Counted from the first letter of the whole stretch, positions 25,781 to 38,797 are shown. The stretch is DNA of 63,130 nt, filler included, from Octopus bimaculoides (GCF_001194135.2; 5 parts of 5 records of this genome joined end to end with filler, not necessarily neighbours in it); one strand, 5' to 3'. Notes: a model not told the origin generated them from the sequence alone. Translations and numbers: made by a program.

Positions 25781-25880
25781 NNNNNNNNNNNNNNNNNNNN
25801 NNNNNNNNNNNNNNNNNNNNNNNNTTAATTAATTAANNNNNNNNNNNNNNNNNNNNNNNNNNNNNNNNNNNNNNNNNNNN
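25781..25880. other. Synthetic assembly linker 44N-TTAATTAATTAA-44N
   Basis: Exactly 44 N + 12 nt + 44 N; identical at four sites. Confidence 0.95.
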
Positions 25881-26291
25881 TCTCTCTCTCTCTCTCTCTC
25901 TCTCTCTCTAATTATTCAGTATTCAGTATAAATGAGACCTATGGAAATGTCACGTTTTATAAATATTCTTGTTTCTGTTTTGATGCATAAATTCATAGAT
26001 GTTCATACCATTGCTTCACTGTATGAACGATTGCGATCATGGCGTCGATGTCGTTCCATAGTCAAGCTTGTTTAAAGCATACTCCTCAGACAGGTTTCAT
26101 AATACTAAAAATTTCGATTATATCTTCGATATCGTTCCATAGTTTAGACGTAGGAAGTCGTCGTTACAAAACAGAATGAATACGATAGATATTACGATAC
26201 AAGCATAGTTACCGATGCACAATGTTTCTGTGTCATCTGTTATTTATTATCTCAGCGGTGGTGTTATGTTGTTTTAGATTTATTAAACAAT

Positions 26292-26347
<56 letters not shown>

Positions 26348-26395
26348 AGGAAGGAAAGAAAGAAAGAAAGAAAGAAAAGAAAAGAAAAAAAAGAA
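26292..26395 (+). repeat. (GAAA)n microsatellite
   Basis: Directly visible. Confidence 0.95.
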
Positions 26396-27387
26396 AAACT
26401 CTGTTGACATTTACCCAGTCTGGCGCCTTGTTAAATGTTTTAGAACATTCCTTTTCAAACGCGCTGTAACGAGTTCCATATTCAACTCTCGATTGTTCGT
26501 CCCAGGCTGTGAATGGAGCCTCGAGGTGGTCGTTCGAATTGCCAGAAATAACAGCCAACTCTTCTTCCAATTACGACCCAGTCGTATAAACGCATATTAT
26601 TAATGATTTTAATTATTAATAATTATTAACGCTTCAAATATGAAAGGAAAACGAGAAAATAAAAAAGTTAGGACGTTCTCCAAGGATTCTTTACATTTGA
26701 ATAGCAACAAATTATAATATCTGGCTATGCTTGTATCCTTCTTTAATTTTTTTTTTTTAGCTCTTCCGTTTGTTTTGCCTATAATTTGTTATGCATATTA
26801 ATAATTTACGTGTTACGAGATTAAAAAAAAACACATTTGTTAATTTATTCCGGGATGCTTTAAGAGTGAAAGGAAAAAATGATGTTTTCCGTGGGTTGAA
26901 TGTTTTCAATATGTCTGCTTGATCGCCTCTGACGACGATGACGACAACTGCAACATTGACTCCACCCGACCGTTCGGATTGGATCAAGGAGACATCTTCT
27001 ATGAGGTGACTCGGCCTTACAGAAACAGCTGCTAAATCTCCCCTATATCACTGCAATCTGTTTTCGTAATGAAACAGATTTGATTCGATAATCTGGTGAA
27101 AAATTTGTTTGAGAAATAACCTTGAACTGAACAATCTTTCCCGAAACCCAACAAAGTTGCAGTCGTGTATCAATCGTTATGTCCTAATTCCATAAACTAG
27201 GGGTTGTTCCTGAATTAGTTCTATAGCGAAGATCTTTTAGCTCGGGGTTACCACTTATAACGGAGTGGTGAGTGAGGATACTGTTGGAATGAGATATCCG
27301 ACTTGAAATGGAATGAACTAGTAAGCGACGTTTTATTCTCCGTTATAAAATACAATGATTGCCAAACAGGAATTAACGTAATATAAC

Positions 27388-30030
27388 CAGGGATTCCACT
27401 GATGGGTTTTTCTATCCAGATCTGGGGTTTTTTGGAGTAATGATGGGTTTATGGGTTTCAATTTCCAAATTTACATTAAATCTGGGTTTTTAAGTTAGCT
27501 TTGGCTGCAAACTTATCGTTTAAAGAGAATTCGGTGTCATACTCTTTGTATGCAATATGTACCAAAGTTGCACCTCTTCTAATACTTGGTAAACTTTCTA
27601 TATATCATCCATAATCATCTCACGTGATGAATGTATTGATACAAATATTGTATGTTACGTAATTACCGATCGTACGCGTTCATTATATGTTTATACTTGT
27701 AATCATACCGGGCAACTACAAGTTACAACGCGTTGGTGGCCGCTTGTACACTTGTCTGAAACTCTGACACCACCAGTTGACAGCTTGACTGTGTTGGTGG
27801 TGTACGCTTTGATTGTTACTCGCGATTTAAAATGTCTAACAACATTTTGAGTAGGTATTTTTGTCTTTGTAATCCTTTAAGAAGTAATGGCAGACGATAG
27901 TATGTCCAAAAAGAGGAAGTGGTACACCCAAAATTTCAAGAAGTAGTGGTTGGAGGATGCTGAGCTTAGATTGGTTACGGCAAGATGATAAAAATCCTGA
28001 CACCTGCTACTGCGTTTGTTGCAACGTTGTGTTGAAAAATGCTAACAAATCAATGCTGTTAGCTCATAAAAACACTGTCAAACACAAGAAAGCTTTTGAT
28101 TGTGCGAAATCTGCTATCAAATTAGATTCATTTATTGTTTAAAAAAACAGATGATTCATTAAATGAAAAAATAGCTAAGGCAGACTTGCTACTAACAGGT
28201 TATGTTGCTGAACATCACGTACCTTTCATCCATATAAATCATTTAGCTGAAATTTGTAAAAAGGCCCTTCCTGGTAGTAAAATAGCTAAAAGTCTACAAA
28301 TTGAAAAAACAAAATTAACTTACATTATGCAAGACGGAATTGCATATTATGAACGAAATAAAATCTTGGAAATTCTCAAGAAACAAAAGTTTTCAGTGTT
28401 GATAGATGAGAGTACGGACATCTCAGTGAAATAAATGATAGCAATAGTTGTTCGCTTTTTTTTAATGAACAATCGCTTAATGTCAAGTATGCTCTTCTGG
28501 ATGTAATTGTAGGAAGAAAATGTCCGTCTCAGGGTTTTTACGATGCTGTCAATTCTACGCTTACAAAAGATGTATCTATGAGCATTATACTTGAATTTGT
28601 CAGCGATAATTGCTCACCAACGACAGGTAACAAGAGCGGGTTTCAAAAGTAATTGAGAAACGATATTCCGACTGTATTTACAATAGGCTGTGTTTGCCAT
28701 TCGTTTGCACTTTGTTCAAGTCATGTAGTGAGGGTGTTACCTTCGCACCTCAAGTCCTTTTTAAAGGACGTAATTTCCTACTTTTCTCGAAGTAGCAAAC
28801 GTCAAAATGACATCAAAATGTTGTTGGCACAAAAGAAAACAAGATTCCAAAGCTTTTGTAAACTAGATGGCTGTCGCGTGAAAATGTAATTAACGTTATA
28901 ATAGAACAGTGGGATGCCCTTGTACTTTATTTTCAATCAGAGGCTAAAGTAGAAAAACTGGACGGAGCAAAAAGGATATATGAAACAATGATTAACAAAG
29001 GGACGAAGCACATGCTGCTCTTTTTACATTATATATTAAAGAAAGTAAATGCTCTTAATGTCGTGTTTCAATTGGAACACTTTTGACTGCATCTGTTACA
29101 TACACTCGTATCCAGTGAATATAAAAGTATCCTTAGTTGCTTTATTATAGATGTTTTAGGTATCTAAATTATCAGATATTGATCTTAATAGCACGACAAA
29201 TCACAAAGATATAAGTGAGATTTACTTCGGTGGACGCGCAGTGAGATATCTAGAACAAAACCCCATCGTTGGTGACTCAGCTAGATTCAAAACTGACTGC
29301 AAACATTTTTTGATAGAATTATGCTCTCAAATAAAAATGCGCTTTCCTCTCGATGAAGCTGGAGTGTTTGCCCTCTTAGAAATACTTAATCCAACAGTAG
29401 CCCGCGATCTCACGAACTCTCCTCAGTCAATAATTCCCTTGGCCTCAAACTTTCTTGAAATTACACCAGAAAACACACTTGATTAACTAGACGATGAGTG
29501 GAGATTATTTCGGCAATATAAAGATATTCTTGTTTCCTCAAAAAGCATCCATGAATTCTGGTATTCCATACGCAATCTTAAAGACGGGCTTGACCACTCT
29601 AAATTTGAGAGGCTGTCACAATTCATGACTGATTTAATGGTATTACTTCATTCATCAGCATTCGTGGAACGCATATTTTCCCAAGTAAATTGCACAAAGA
29701 CAAAGTTCACTAATAGGTTGGAGGCCGAAACGATCACCGATCGTCTTCTCGCTAAACAAGCAATTACAAGAAATTTATTAAGATGTAGGGGATGGGTCAT
29801 CATAGGTATATGAGTAGACTGAACTTCAAAAAGGATGGAGTGAATGAAGATGATGTGGATGTGTACGAAATTGACAATTAGCTGCCATATGATATAGTCA
29901 TGCAACATATTTTATCATTGAATTACCAATTATATACCTATTTTCTAACATCTGGGTTTATAAAATAGGATCTGGTTTTTTTAGCAGCAAATAATCTGGG
30001 TGTTTTATTATTTGATGAGTGGCAACCCTG
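27388..30030 (+). mobile_element. Full-length degenerate hAT DNA transposon, 2643 bp
   Basis: TIRs CAGGGATTCCACTGAT / ATGAGTGGCAACCCTG; 8-bp TSD AATATAAC (27380-87) vs AACATAAC (30031-38), 7/8 match; subterminal ATCTGG(G)TTTT-type repeats at both ends; internal transposase relic. Confidence 0.9.
27887..29813 (+). pseudogene. hAT transposase pseudogene
   Basis: N-terminal zinc finger CYCVCCNVVL..LLAHKNTVKH; FSVLIDESTDIS (D1); SDNCS (D2); GCVCHSFALC (CxxH); TRWLSRE; HSSAFVERIFSQVN (E, dimerisation domain). Many stops and frameshifts. Confidence 0.9.
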
Positions 30031-30529
30031 AACATAACCGGTTATTACAAAGATATGTGAGAGAACTTCGTGCTTAGGCTGGAGTATTGATATTGTAGAA
30101 ATAGTTGACGTACTGTTGGTAGAGGCAACTGTTGGTCTACTGGTCGTGTGCTCTTCATACAGCAATGATGTAGACAAGTGTCTGGTGGAGAAAATGAAAG
30201 TGGAGATTGACTGGTGTCAGACACATCGTTACTGGAGACGAGTTTCGTGTGGTCAGTGGCGAGTGCCAAAGACCTAGAACAGTTGAGAACTACCGTACTT
30301 GTAGGGAATAGTGGGTTCCCAAAAGCTGGTGATTAATTTCCTGCATAATTTTTACCAGGTCCAAATCAATTGGGGAGATAATTTCAAGAGGTAACTGCTC
30401 TTAAACGACGCCTACTGCGGCAGAAACATGTCCACGATTGTTGTCTTGTCTCTCCCTTAACGCTATGTCAAATTTAGAGAATCGTGATTGTAATGGAGTG
30501 ATAGTGATCATTGTGTCGGTGCTTGAAAT

Positions 30530-30750
30530 TCGTGGTGGTAACAGTAATGGTGGTGGTGATGCTAATGATCATGATGGTGGTGATGGTGGTGATGGAAATG
30601 GTGGTAGCTGTGGCGGCGGTGGGGACGGTGGAAGCAGCGGTGGTGATGGTAATGGTAGTAGTGGTAGCGATGCTAGTGGTGTATTGGTGGCGGTACTGAT
30701 GATGATGATGGTGACCGTTGTTATGCCTGCGATGGAGTGGTGGCGTTGGT
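30530..30750 (+). repeat. (GGT/GAT/GGC) low-complexity trinucleotide tract
   Basis: Directly visible; gives the Gly/Asp-rich pseudo-ORF 30438-30752. Confidence 0.8.
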
Positions 30751-32070
30751 AGTTGTTAACCTCAGGTCAACTCTGATCGAGTAAATTGTAGGATCAAAAG
30801 CATTCTAGCCGTGACCATTTCGTCTCTTTGTGGTGGGGGGAGACAGAGGTGGAGATGAGTCGGATAAACAGGACTACATTATCTAATATGTCCTTTCGTT
30901 TTAAGGCGTTTTACACATGAATCGAGGATGTTTTTGCTGCTATTTCCAGCAGATCAAACTGAAGGACATGGTCTCTTTTATTTCACAAGGATCGATAATT
31001 TAAATACTCGACATGTAATGAGATGGATTTAATCGACAAAATTTTTGAAGTATTATGCTAATGAGATAATTTAATAATTTATTTGAGCTACGACAGTAAA
31101 AATGATCTGACAGTTCGATGTTCGAATGGCCCAATAGTATTGTTTTTTGCCTTTTTAATTCATGTGAAATCGATAAAATAAGAATCGTTAATATATTGGC
31201 AGAATTGTATGTCGGATTTGTTCCGGTCCTTCACCTTCAGAATTTTTTAATCCCATCGAGATCAACTTTGCCTTTCATCCAACTGGAATCGATTAAACAA
31301 AGTACCATCCATGTACTGGGATCAATATCGACTGATGCCGGTGTCTCTATAACATGCAGAATTCTATAGTTGAGACGATCAAAGAAATCTCTTTTTTTTT
31401 CTTTTTTTTTTTGAGTTGCATGCATTTCATGATATCCATTCTACTGTGGAATGAAAATATTCCGTAGCTGTTCATTTTACATGAAGATTCGACCATCACG
31501 TAGATGAAGTCTTCATGTAGTGTGACAAAGGTAAATCGGCCTGGCAAAGCCTAACAATTATGCTGGTTACTGTTCAAGGGCTAAAAATCACAAATTCGAT
31601 GAGTAACTGAAATGAAATTAGAGCTCAATTACGAAGCGAAGTTGTCATACGAAGAATCGACTAATCCGATTTTTAATTGCTGCAGCTGCTGTTGCTGTTT
31701 AACCCCAGGGCACTTGTGATCGAGTAGGTCTATAAAAAAACGTTCTATAATAGATAATTTTATCTTTCTCTGTATGTCTGAGACTACGCTATTCAATCTT
31801 TAGCAAGTGTGTGATTTGCTATTTCTAGCAGGTCGAGAGACTGCTTAGAGGCTCCTCATTACCCTGTCAATCAATAAAGTTGTGCGCTACCAGAATGTTG
31901 TATAAAGTTGCCATCCTGAAGAGGAGGGAATTACCAAATTGTTTATTCAATACAATGTTTAATAGAAGACTGAATAGTAGTGAAGTAGAAACCACCAACA
32001 TTTTCCAGACATATCACAAAGGTGTTTTCACAATGTTTTTCTCCGAAACTCAGTTTCTTAACATCTAGAC

Positions 32071-32366
32071 CAGGGGTTTTCAAACTGTGGTCCGCGGACC
32101 ACAGGGGGTCCGCAAGGACAAGACAGGGGGTCCGTGGACAGCAAATACTTTTTATGGGCAATCTGNNNNNNNNNNAAATAGTTAGTTAAATTACAGAGCA
32201 AAGATCAATCTTTTTGTGGATTTGGCTTGGAAAGAGGTTTGCGTACAGTCAGATTCCCTTGTCTTAGACACACTATGGCCAATTCAGTTTACAGAATGTC
32301 ACGCTAACAGAAGGTAAAGCCTGAAATATAAAGGAGTCCGCAAGTCAAAAAGATTGAAAACCCCTG
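32071..32366 (+). mobile_element. hAT MITE with captured flanking DNA
   Basis: TIRs CAGGGGTTTTCAA / TTGAAAACCCCTG; perfect TSD ATCTAGAC (32063-70, 32367-74); same family as 53989-54284, but the centre is replaced by a copy of 33093-33292. Confidence 0.88.
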
Positions 32367-32635
32367 ATCTAGACGAACTGGGTCAGCCATTGACTCTATG
32401 TACTACTGTAGCCAGAGTACGAACCACCGACCACCAGTTGAATATCAGCAACCTTATTCTCTAAACCACCTGAGTTATAAGTTAATCCGTCGAGCGTCTG
32501 CCTATTTCTTGTGTAACAAATTTAACACAAACGGTTAGGCTCAGCAAGAGTCTGATAGTAGAATGCATGTACCTAAGGCGTTTCACACTGTGAAGCAAAT
32601 TTGTGAACCACACAACTGTGCCTGTATCCATACAT

Positions 32636-33069
32636 GTTGGCACTCCGTCGCTTACGACGTCAAGGGTTCCAGTTGATCCGATCAACGGAACAGCCTGCTC
32701 GTGAAATTAACGTGCAAGTGGCTGAGCACTCCACAGACACGTGTACCCTTAACGTAGTTCTCAGGGATATTCAGCGTGACACAGTGTGACAAGGCTGACC
32801 CTTTGAAATACAGGCACAACAGAAACAGGAAGTAAGAGTGAGAGAAAGTTGTGGTGAAAGAGTACATACAGCAGGGTTCACCACCATCCCCTGNNNNNNN
32901 NNNGTGGTGAAAGAGTACAGCAGGGGTCGCCACCATCCCCTGCCGGAGCCTCGTGGAGCGTTAGGTGTTTTCGCTCAATAAACACTCACAACGCCCGGTC
33001 TGGGAATCGAAACCGCGATCCTATGACCGCGAGTCCGCTGCCCTAACCACTGGGCCATTGCGCTTCCAC
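32636..33069 (-). mobile_element. SINE family B (tRNA-derived, about 385 bp)
   Basis: Near-identical to 52772 and 61734; 12-bp TSD GTATCCATACAT (32624-35, 33070-81); about 40 bp duplicated across the 10-N gap is probably an assembly artefact. Confidence 0.9.
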
Positions 33070-33581
33070 GTATCCATACATATAAAAGGGACAAATAGTG
33101 AGTTAAATTACAGAGCAAAGATCAATCTTTTTGTGGATTTGGCTTGGAAAGAGGTTTGCGTACAGTCAGATTCCCTTGTCTTAGACACACTATGGGAAGA
33201 AAGATGACATAGGGGGTGACTAAACAGTACCAATTACAGACATCCCACCGCATTATGGCCAATTCAGTTTACAGAATTTCACGCTAACAGAAACTGTAAA
33301 GTATGATCACTAATTTTGGGATACGATCTGAAATTTCTGATAAATTTTAACAATATAAAAACTATTCTGTCATAGATAAAAGGCAACTTCTCGTCGTTTT
33401 AGCTTAGATCAAAGTATATTTAACAATGTTAAAAATTATAATCACGAAACATATGTGTATATATATGTGTGTGTGTGTGCGCGCGCGCCTACGTCTAAGC
33501 ATGTGTTTGTGTGTGTGTGAGATGAAATTTTCACCTTATATGTTCGTGTATATTTTGTTCGCCCATAAGTATATATAAATC

Positions 33582-33633
<52 letters not shown>

Positions 33634-33816
33634 GCATCTATCTATCTATCTACCTATCTATCTATCTGTTTGTCTGTTTGTCTGTCTATCTATCTATTTA
33701 TCTATCTATCTCAACCAGCACCACCACCACCACTATCATCATCACCAACACAACCAGTATCTGTAGCAAAACTAATACAACCACTGCCAATACCAACCCA
33801 CCGACTCCTTAATGCA

Positions 33817-33851
<35 letters not shown>

Positions 33852-34158
33852 GCACGAATACTATGAATCAGATAAGCAACTACTATACATCTAAAATAAA
33901 GACAATCTCGTAAGATAATGTGATACCCTTGTGTATTTCAAAAGTTGTATGAAATATCTTTGATCTTAGGTCAATGAAGATTGACTTGAAACTAAACAGC
34001 AAAAATAATACAATTATCAAGAGCAATATCACTTCCGCCACTACCAATAATATCTCCCACTATCACCATCCCCAGCACCAAAACCAATACAGCCAATATC
34101 ATCACCTACCAACCAACTAACCAACCCACCAACTTTTTGAATAACTGACAACTTAATA

Positions 34159-34217
34159 CAAGGGTGGGCGAAGAAGTAATGCAAATAAAAATTGCATTGC
34201 TTTCTGATTCACCCTCG
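34159..34217. mobile_element. 59-bp mariner-type mini-MITE (TIR-spacer-TIR)
   Basis: TA|CAAGGGTG..AAGTAATGCA..TGCATTGCTT..CACCCTCG|TA palindromic structure with TA flanks. Confidence 0.6.
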
Positions 34218-34279
34218 TAGTATCAGCAGCGATGTAGCAATGTTTGTGGCCGACATACATTGTACATCCTTTTCTACTC

Positions 34280-34484
34280 CAGGTACAAGGCCCGAAATTT
34301 TTGGGGAGGTGGGGGGCAGTCAATTAGATCGACACTACTACGCAAGTGGTACTTAATTTATCGATCTCGAAAGGATGAAAGGCAAAGTCGACATCGGCGG
34401 AATTTGAACCCAGAACATAAAGACAGACGGAATACCGCTAAGCATTTCGCCCGGCGTGTCAACGATTCTGCCAGCTCGCCGCCT
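34280..34484 (-). mobile_element. SINE family A (tRNA-like head with A/B boxes)
   Basis: Minus strand AGGCGGCGAGCTGGCAGAATCGTT..TTCTGGGTTCAAATTCCGCC..GACTTTGCCTTTCATCCTTTCG; CpGs intact. Confidence 0.88.
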
Positions 34485-34504
34485 ATTGTATATCAACACA
34501 ACAA

Positions 34505-34542
<38 letters not shown>

Positions 34543-35175
34543 CAGAGGAAGAGAGAATAGAGTGTGGAGTTTTTTATGAGTCATAGCTGAGGTGCAAGGA
34601 ACAAATTGCTCATGTACCTGGTAACCCTTCAACTTAGTGTGAGCATACTTTCCTGCCTCCAACACATCCATCCGTCCTTTCAACTTTTCATTATTCGTCT
34701 TACATCCAGCATGAAAATAACTGGTGAAGCTGTCCGTGCTGATACCGAGGTTGCCGCTCGTAATTAACCTGAATAGCTGAAGATAATGTTTATTGAAGAG
34801 AGCTACACACCAGAGTATCAATAATGTTGGTGAAACTACACTTTTATTGAAGAGCATGTCTGCTAGAGCTTTTAGTTCTCGTGAAGTAAAATCAACAGCA
34901 GTGTTTAAATCATTTGCTACTTTCTCTCGAAGGAAATTAAGCTGGCGATAGGAAATTAAAACCCCTGCTCGTTTATCACTACGAAAATCTATGGGCTTTC
35001 AGGACTTACACAGTTTAATTTACTTCTGATTAATTGTTTTCGATTAAGAAAGTACGGATGGCAAAGAGTCTTTTCGAAGAGTGGTTTGTTGACAATTTTG
35101 TGTGTGTGTGTGTATGTGTGTGTGTGTGTGTGTGTTCTGCTGTAGAAAGGCGTAATGCCAGACATAATATTGGTT

Positions 35176-35385
35176 TCAAATTTTGGCACAGGACCAGTAA
35201 TTTTTGAGAGGAGTTGGAAATCGATTACATTGATCTCAGTACTTGACTGGTACTTATTTTATCATCCACCAAAGAATGAAAGGCAAAGTTGACCTCAGCG
35301 GAATTTGAACTCAGAACATAAAAACGAGCGAAATGCCGCTAAGCATTTTGTCCGGCGTTCTTTCCTTCTGCCAGTTCGCTGCTTT
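35176..35385 (-). mobile_element. SINE family A
   Basis: GAATGAAAGGCAAAGTTGACCTCAGCGGAATTTGAACTCAGAAC..TAAGCATTT..TTCTGCCAG. Confidence 0.85.
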
Positions 35386-35807
35386 TAAGTGCTAGACGGA
35401 TTGCCTACAAAGCACTGCTCTTTTTAGACAATGTACCAAATTATCCAGGTTTCTGGTAGTAAGAGAGTAGAATATATCCCCAATAAAATAACTTCTTTGC
35501 TCCAGCCAGTGGATCGAGGTGGGATAGCTACCTTTAAGGCATATTATCTGAGAACATTCAAACAACTTATGAAAGTAATTCAAATGGCGAGTAAAACTTT
35601 ACTTAAGTGACTTATCAGAGACCTTCAATATAATGGATGCTGTCGTTAACAAAGTCGAGTCATGAGATAAAGTGAAACCCTCAACTTCGAATGATGCTTG
35701 GAAAAATATTTAAACACTGTATCCGTGACTTTACAAGTTTTCCATAAACAGAAAGTCTACATCAAATTCGGAAATATGGCGTAATATTTGCAATGATATG
35801 GGGTTTT

Positions 35808-35987
35808 AAGGCGGTGACCTGGCAGAATCGTAAGCGTGCAGGGCAAAATACTAAGCAGCATTTCGTCCGTTCTTGCCTTCTGAGTTCAAATTCCGCTGAA
35901 GTCAACTTTGCCTTTCATCCTTTCGGAGTCGATGACATCAACTAGCCTTCTCCCCCAAATTTCAGGCCTTGTGCTTATTGTAGAATG
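35808..35987 (+). mobile_element. SINE family A inserted into the Tigger relic
   Basis: AAGGCGGTGACCTGGCAGAATCG..TTCTGAGTTCAAATTCCGC..GCCTTTCATCCTTTCGG; imperfect TSD AATGATAT(G/A)GGGTTT(T)AA at 35792 and 35988. Confidence 0.85.
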
Positions 35988-36308
35988 AATGATATAGGGT
36001 TTAAAGAAGTTACAGAGGATGCTGCTGCTTAGTTCCTAGTGTTCCATTTAGAAAGTATACTTAAGGAAGACCAAATGCTATTAGAATAAAAGCGAATTGT
36101 AAATAAAGATGAAAATACGGAATTTTCGTCGACTCTGCTTAAAGTGACTGCAAAGAATTTTGCTAAAGGTTTGGCGCTTATAGACGAAAGTTAATAAGTC
36201 TTTGATGGTAATAACAGTAATCGTGAATGTAACATAAAAATTACATGAGCTAATGTGCCATAAACATCAAACAATTTTGGATAAATTGTTCGCCTTTCAA
36301 AGAGATGT

Positions 36309-36369
<61 letters not shown>

Positions 36370-36793
36370 GATGATGAACTCTAAGACGGAAAAGAGTGTC
36401 CTGCATTCTTCTAGTAGAACTCACTTCACTACAATCCATGACACATTAATCAACATCTTATGTAAAAAGAACATACCGTATATTGATATTGCAGTTTTTA
36501 TTTATTCCCTAACGTGTTTCTCTTCAAACGTTCTCATGCATACATATTGTACTGTGTTATAGTTAGAAATTGTTATTTTCATGCATAAAATGGTTGTAAC
36601 TGCTTTTCTATTCGTTGTTTTTATTCTTCCAAAAATATTCGTCTGAACGCAACTCACTTTATAACATAAAACAATGGGTGAAGTTAAATTCTTATCACCG
36701 AATTTCAAGTTTATGAAAAGACTTCAAAGAGCATTGTAGCTCCGTAACGCGGATGACCACTGCGCTATATGTGAGCTTGATAGAATCTTAACT

Positions 36794-37030
36794 AAGGTGG
36801 TGAGCTGACAGAATCGTTAGCACGCCGGGCGAAATGCTTAAGGGTATTTCATTTGCCGCTACGTTCTGAGTTCAAATTCCACCGAGGTCGACTTAGCCTT
36901 TCAGGGTCGATTAAATAAGTACCAGTTACGCACTGGGAATCGATGTAATCGACTTAATCCCTTTGTCTGTCCTTTTTTTTTTTTTTTGTCCTCTCTATGT
37001 TTAGCCTCTTGTGGGCAATAAAGAAAAAAG
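36794..37030 (+). mobile_element. SINE family A, near full length
   Basis: AAGGTGGTGAGCTGACAGAATCGTTAGCACGCCGGGCGAAATGCTTA..GAGTTCAAATTCC..AATAAGTACCAG. Confidence 0.88.
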
Positions 37031-38797
37031 AATTTTAACTCTGAGTCTTAATCAAATCACAAATATCGTAAAATAAGTGAAAGTCACTTCAAGGGAAATA
37101 ACTCTATGCATTATTGCAAGAGTTATCTAACGTGTTTCAATAATCATTATTCGAGAGCAGATAAATGATTTTAAACTAAATACCTTTGTCAGTGACTAAT
37201 TAAATTAATTAGCCATTGACTAATACTTTTATTCATTTCAACATTATTTCTAGCTGGCTTTTTAATACTACTTGCAATAAATATACCGACCATTACTTAA
37301 CTGAAAGTTTTTTTTAACACAAGCGGTGTGTGTATTTGAGTTATTCATTTTGTTAATCACATTTCCCTACTTCAACCTGTCAACAATATTCGACATTTAA
37401 TTAGGCATTATTTCATTTCTAGTTAAGCAAGTACGCTAAAAATTCGGTGAACTAATCAGATTGTGATCGTAATCAGTCCAAAGTTATCTCCCCTATTGAC
37501 TGGAGCACGATATGAAAATAAAATTAATCGCAAATATTATGTTAGTACACTTACACAAGTCTGTCCTCCAGGACATAGATTCCTCATAACTTTCAGAAAA
37601 GTTAATGTTTCTTTTGATCAATTTTTTTGCAAATATCCTTCAGATGGTGCAGATTACGGTAATATCGGAATTTAATGTGGGGAAAAAGGGTTGTCCCGTA
37701 GACATACATACTGACACACATTACATATATATTTTTTTATTTTATTTTTTTACTTGTTTCAATCATTTGACTGCAGTCATACTTGAGGGGGTTTAGTCGA
37801 AGAAGTCGACCCTCCTCTCCCGACTTATTTTTTAAAACCTAGCACTTATTTTATCAATATATATTATATACACAGACATGCAGGAAGTAAATAGACACCT
37901 TTAATTTTTTAAATCGTTTATTTAATACGCAAAGCGAACGAATGAAATGTAAGTTAGCGTCGGTTACCTTGTAGTAGTTGTGTTCTGACTTCTAATTTTA
38001 CATGCCTTGCGTTATGTATTCTGTCCCTGTGCATTCTGACAGCAACGCCTACAACGATACTGGTGCAAAGTTGTATCTACACCAAGTTGTGGCCTTTCTC
38101 TTGAATAAAAATTTATAGCCTACAAAGTAGTATGGTATAAACTTGTCGGTCCTCCATTTGCCATATCAATCCCTCCTATGGTTTGTTGTTCATGCCAAGT
38201 ACCAATGTACTATTTTTTCAATGAACTGGTCCTTTTTTTATTTTGTTCTTTTGACAAATAGATTTTACCAATGTTTCTTAGGGAAAGATCTGTATCAGCT
38301 CTTATCTCATAAGAGCTGAAACTATCCTAATTAACTATCTTAATTAACTATCGTAATTGTGTTTTTGATTTCGTGCTTGCAAACACGAGCAAGATAGTAA
38401 CTGGTCGCTTTCCTCTGCTGCAGATGTTGTCTCAGTGTCACAATACCTGGTTCATATGACATCGATACAGGTTTGAGAGCACGGCGTGGGAAGCCTGTCC
38501 ACATTGCCATTGATGTTGAAGTTTCTTGTAACACTGAGCAAGTTGCAAGATCGAACATGTGTCTCATTGAGTTTTTGTAGTGACCAGTTCAGAAGGTCAA
38601 ATGTTGTCGTGTGAACAGGCACTGCTGAGGTGTTGTTGGGAAATGTGCTTGCTGTCACCTGAGAGTTCTGATGATCTTATTCTCTTTAATCTCCTAAGGT
38701 ATTCATTCCTGGTCCTCTACTTATTTACGGGCCCATCATTTCTGATATTCTCATCTTGTCCAAGATACCTATAACTGTCACCTGAGTGTAGAGGATG

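Larger units (their letters stand above)
34700..36762 (+). mobile_element. Fragmented Tigger/pogo-like transposon interrupted by SINEs and microsatellites
   Basis: KITGEAVRADTEVAA..NVGETTLLLKSMSARAFSSRE (cf. NVDETGLFWK.MP.RTF); PNKITSLLQPVDRGGIATFKAYYLR; FNIMDAV..VKPST..AWKN; GFKEVTED; possible right TIR CGTAACGCGGATGACCACTG at 36743-36762. Left end not found. Confidence 0.7.

Noticed and set aside
25825-25836. TTAATTAATTAA as a conserved homeodomain-type element
   Set aside because: Always centred in exactly 88 Ns, so it is an artificial spacer.
26400-27050. CpG-rich unique stretch with short open frames (EEELAVISG..; ASDDDDDNCNIDSTRPF..)
   Set aside because: No recognisable homology and no convincing splice-site pair; it could be regulatory but I cannot support that.
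38050-38760. Possible piggyBac relic (IGGIDMA, RKATTW on the minus strand)
   Set aside because: Only two short fuzzy motifs in different frames; no TTAA/TIR boundaries found.
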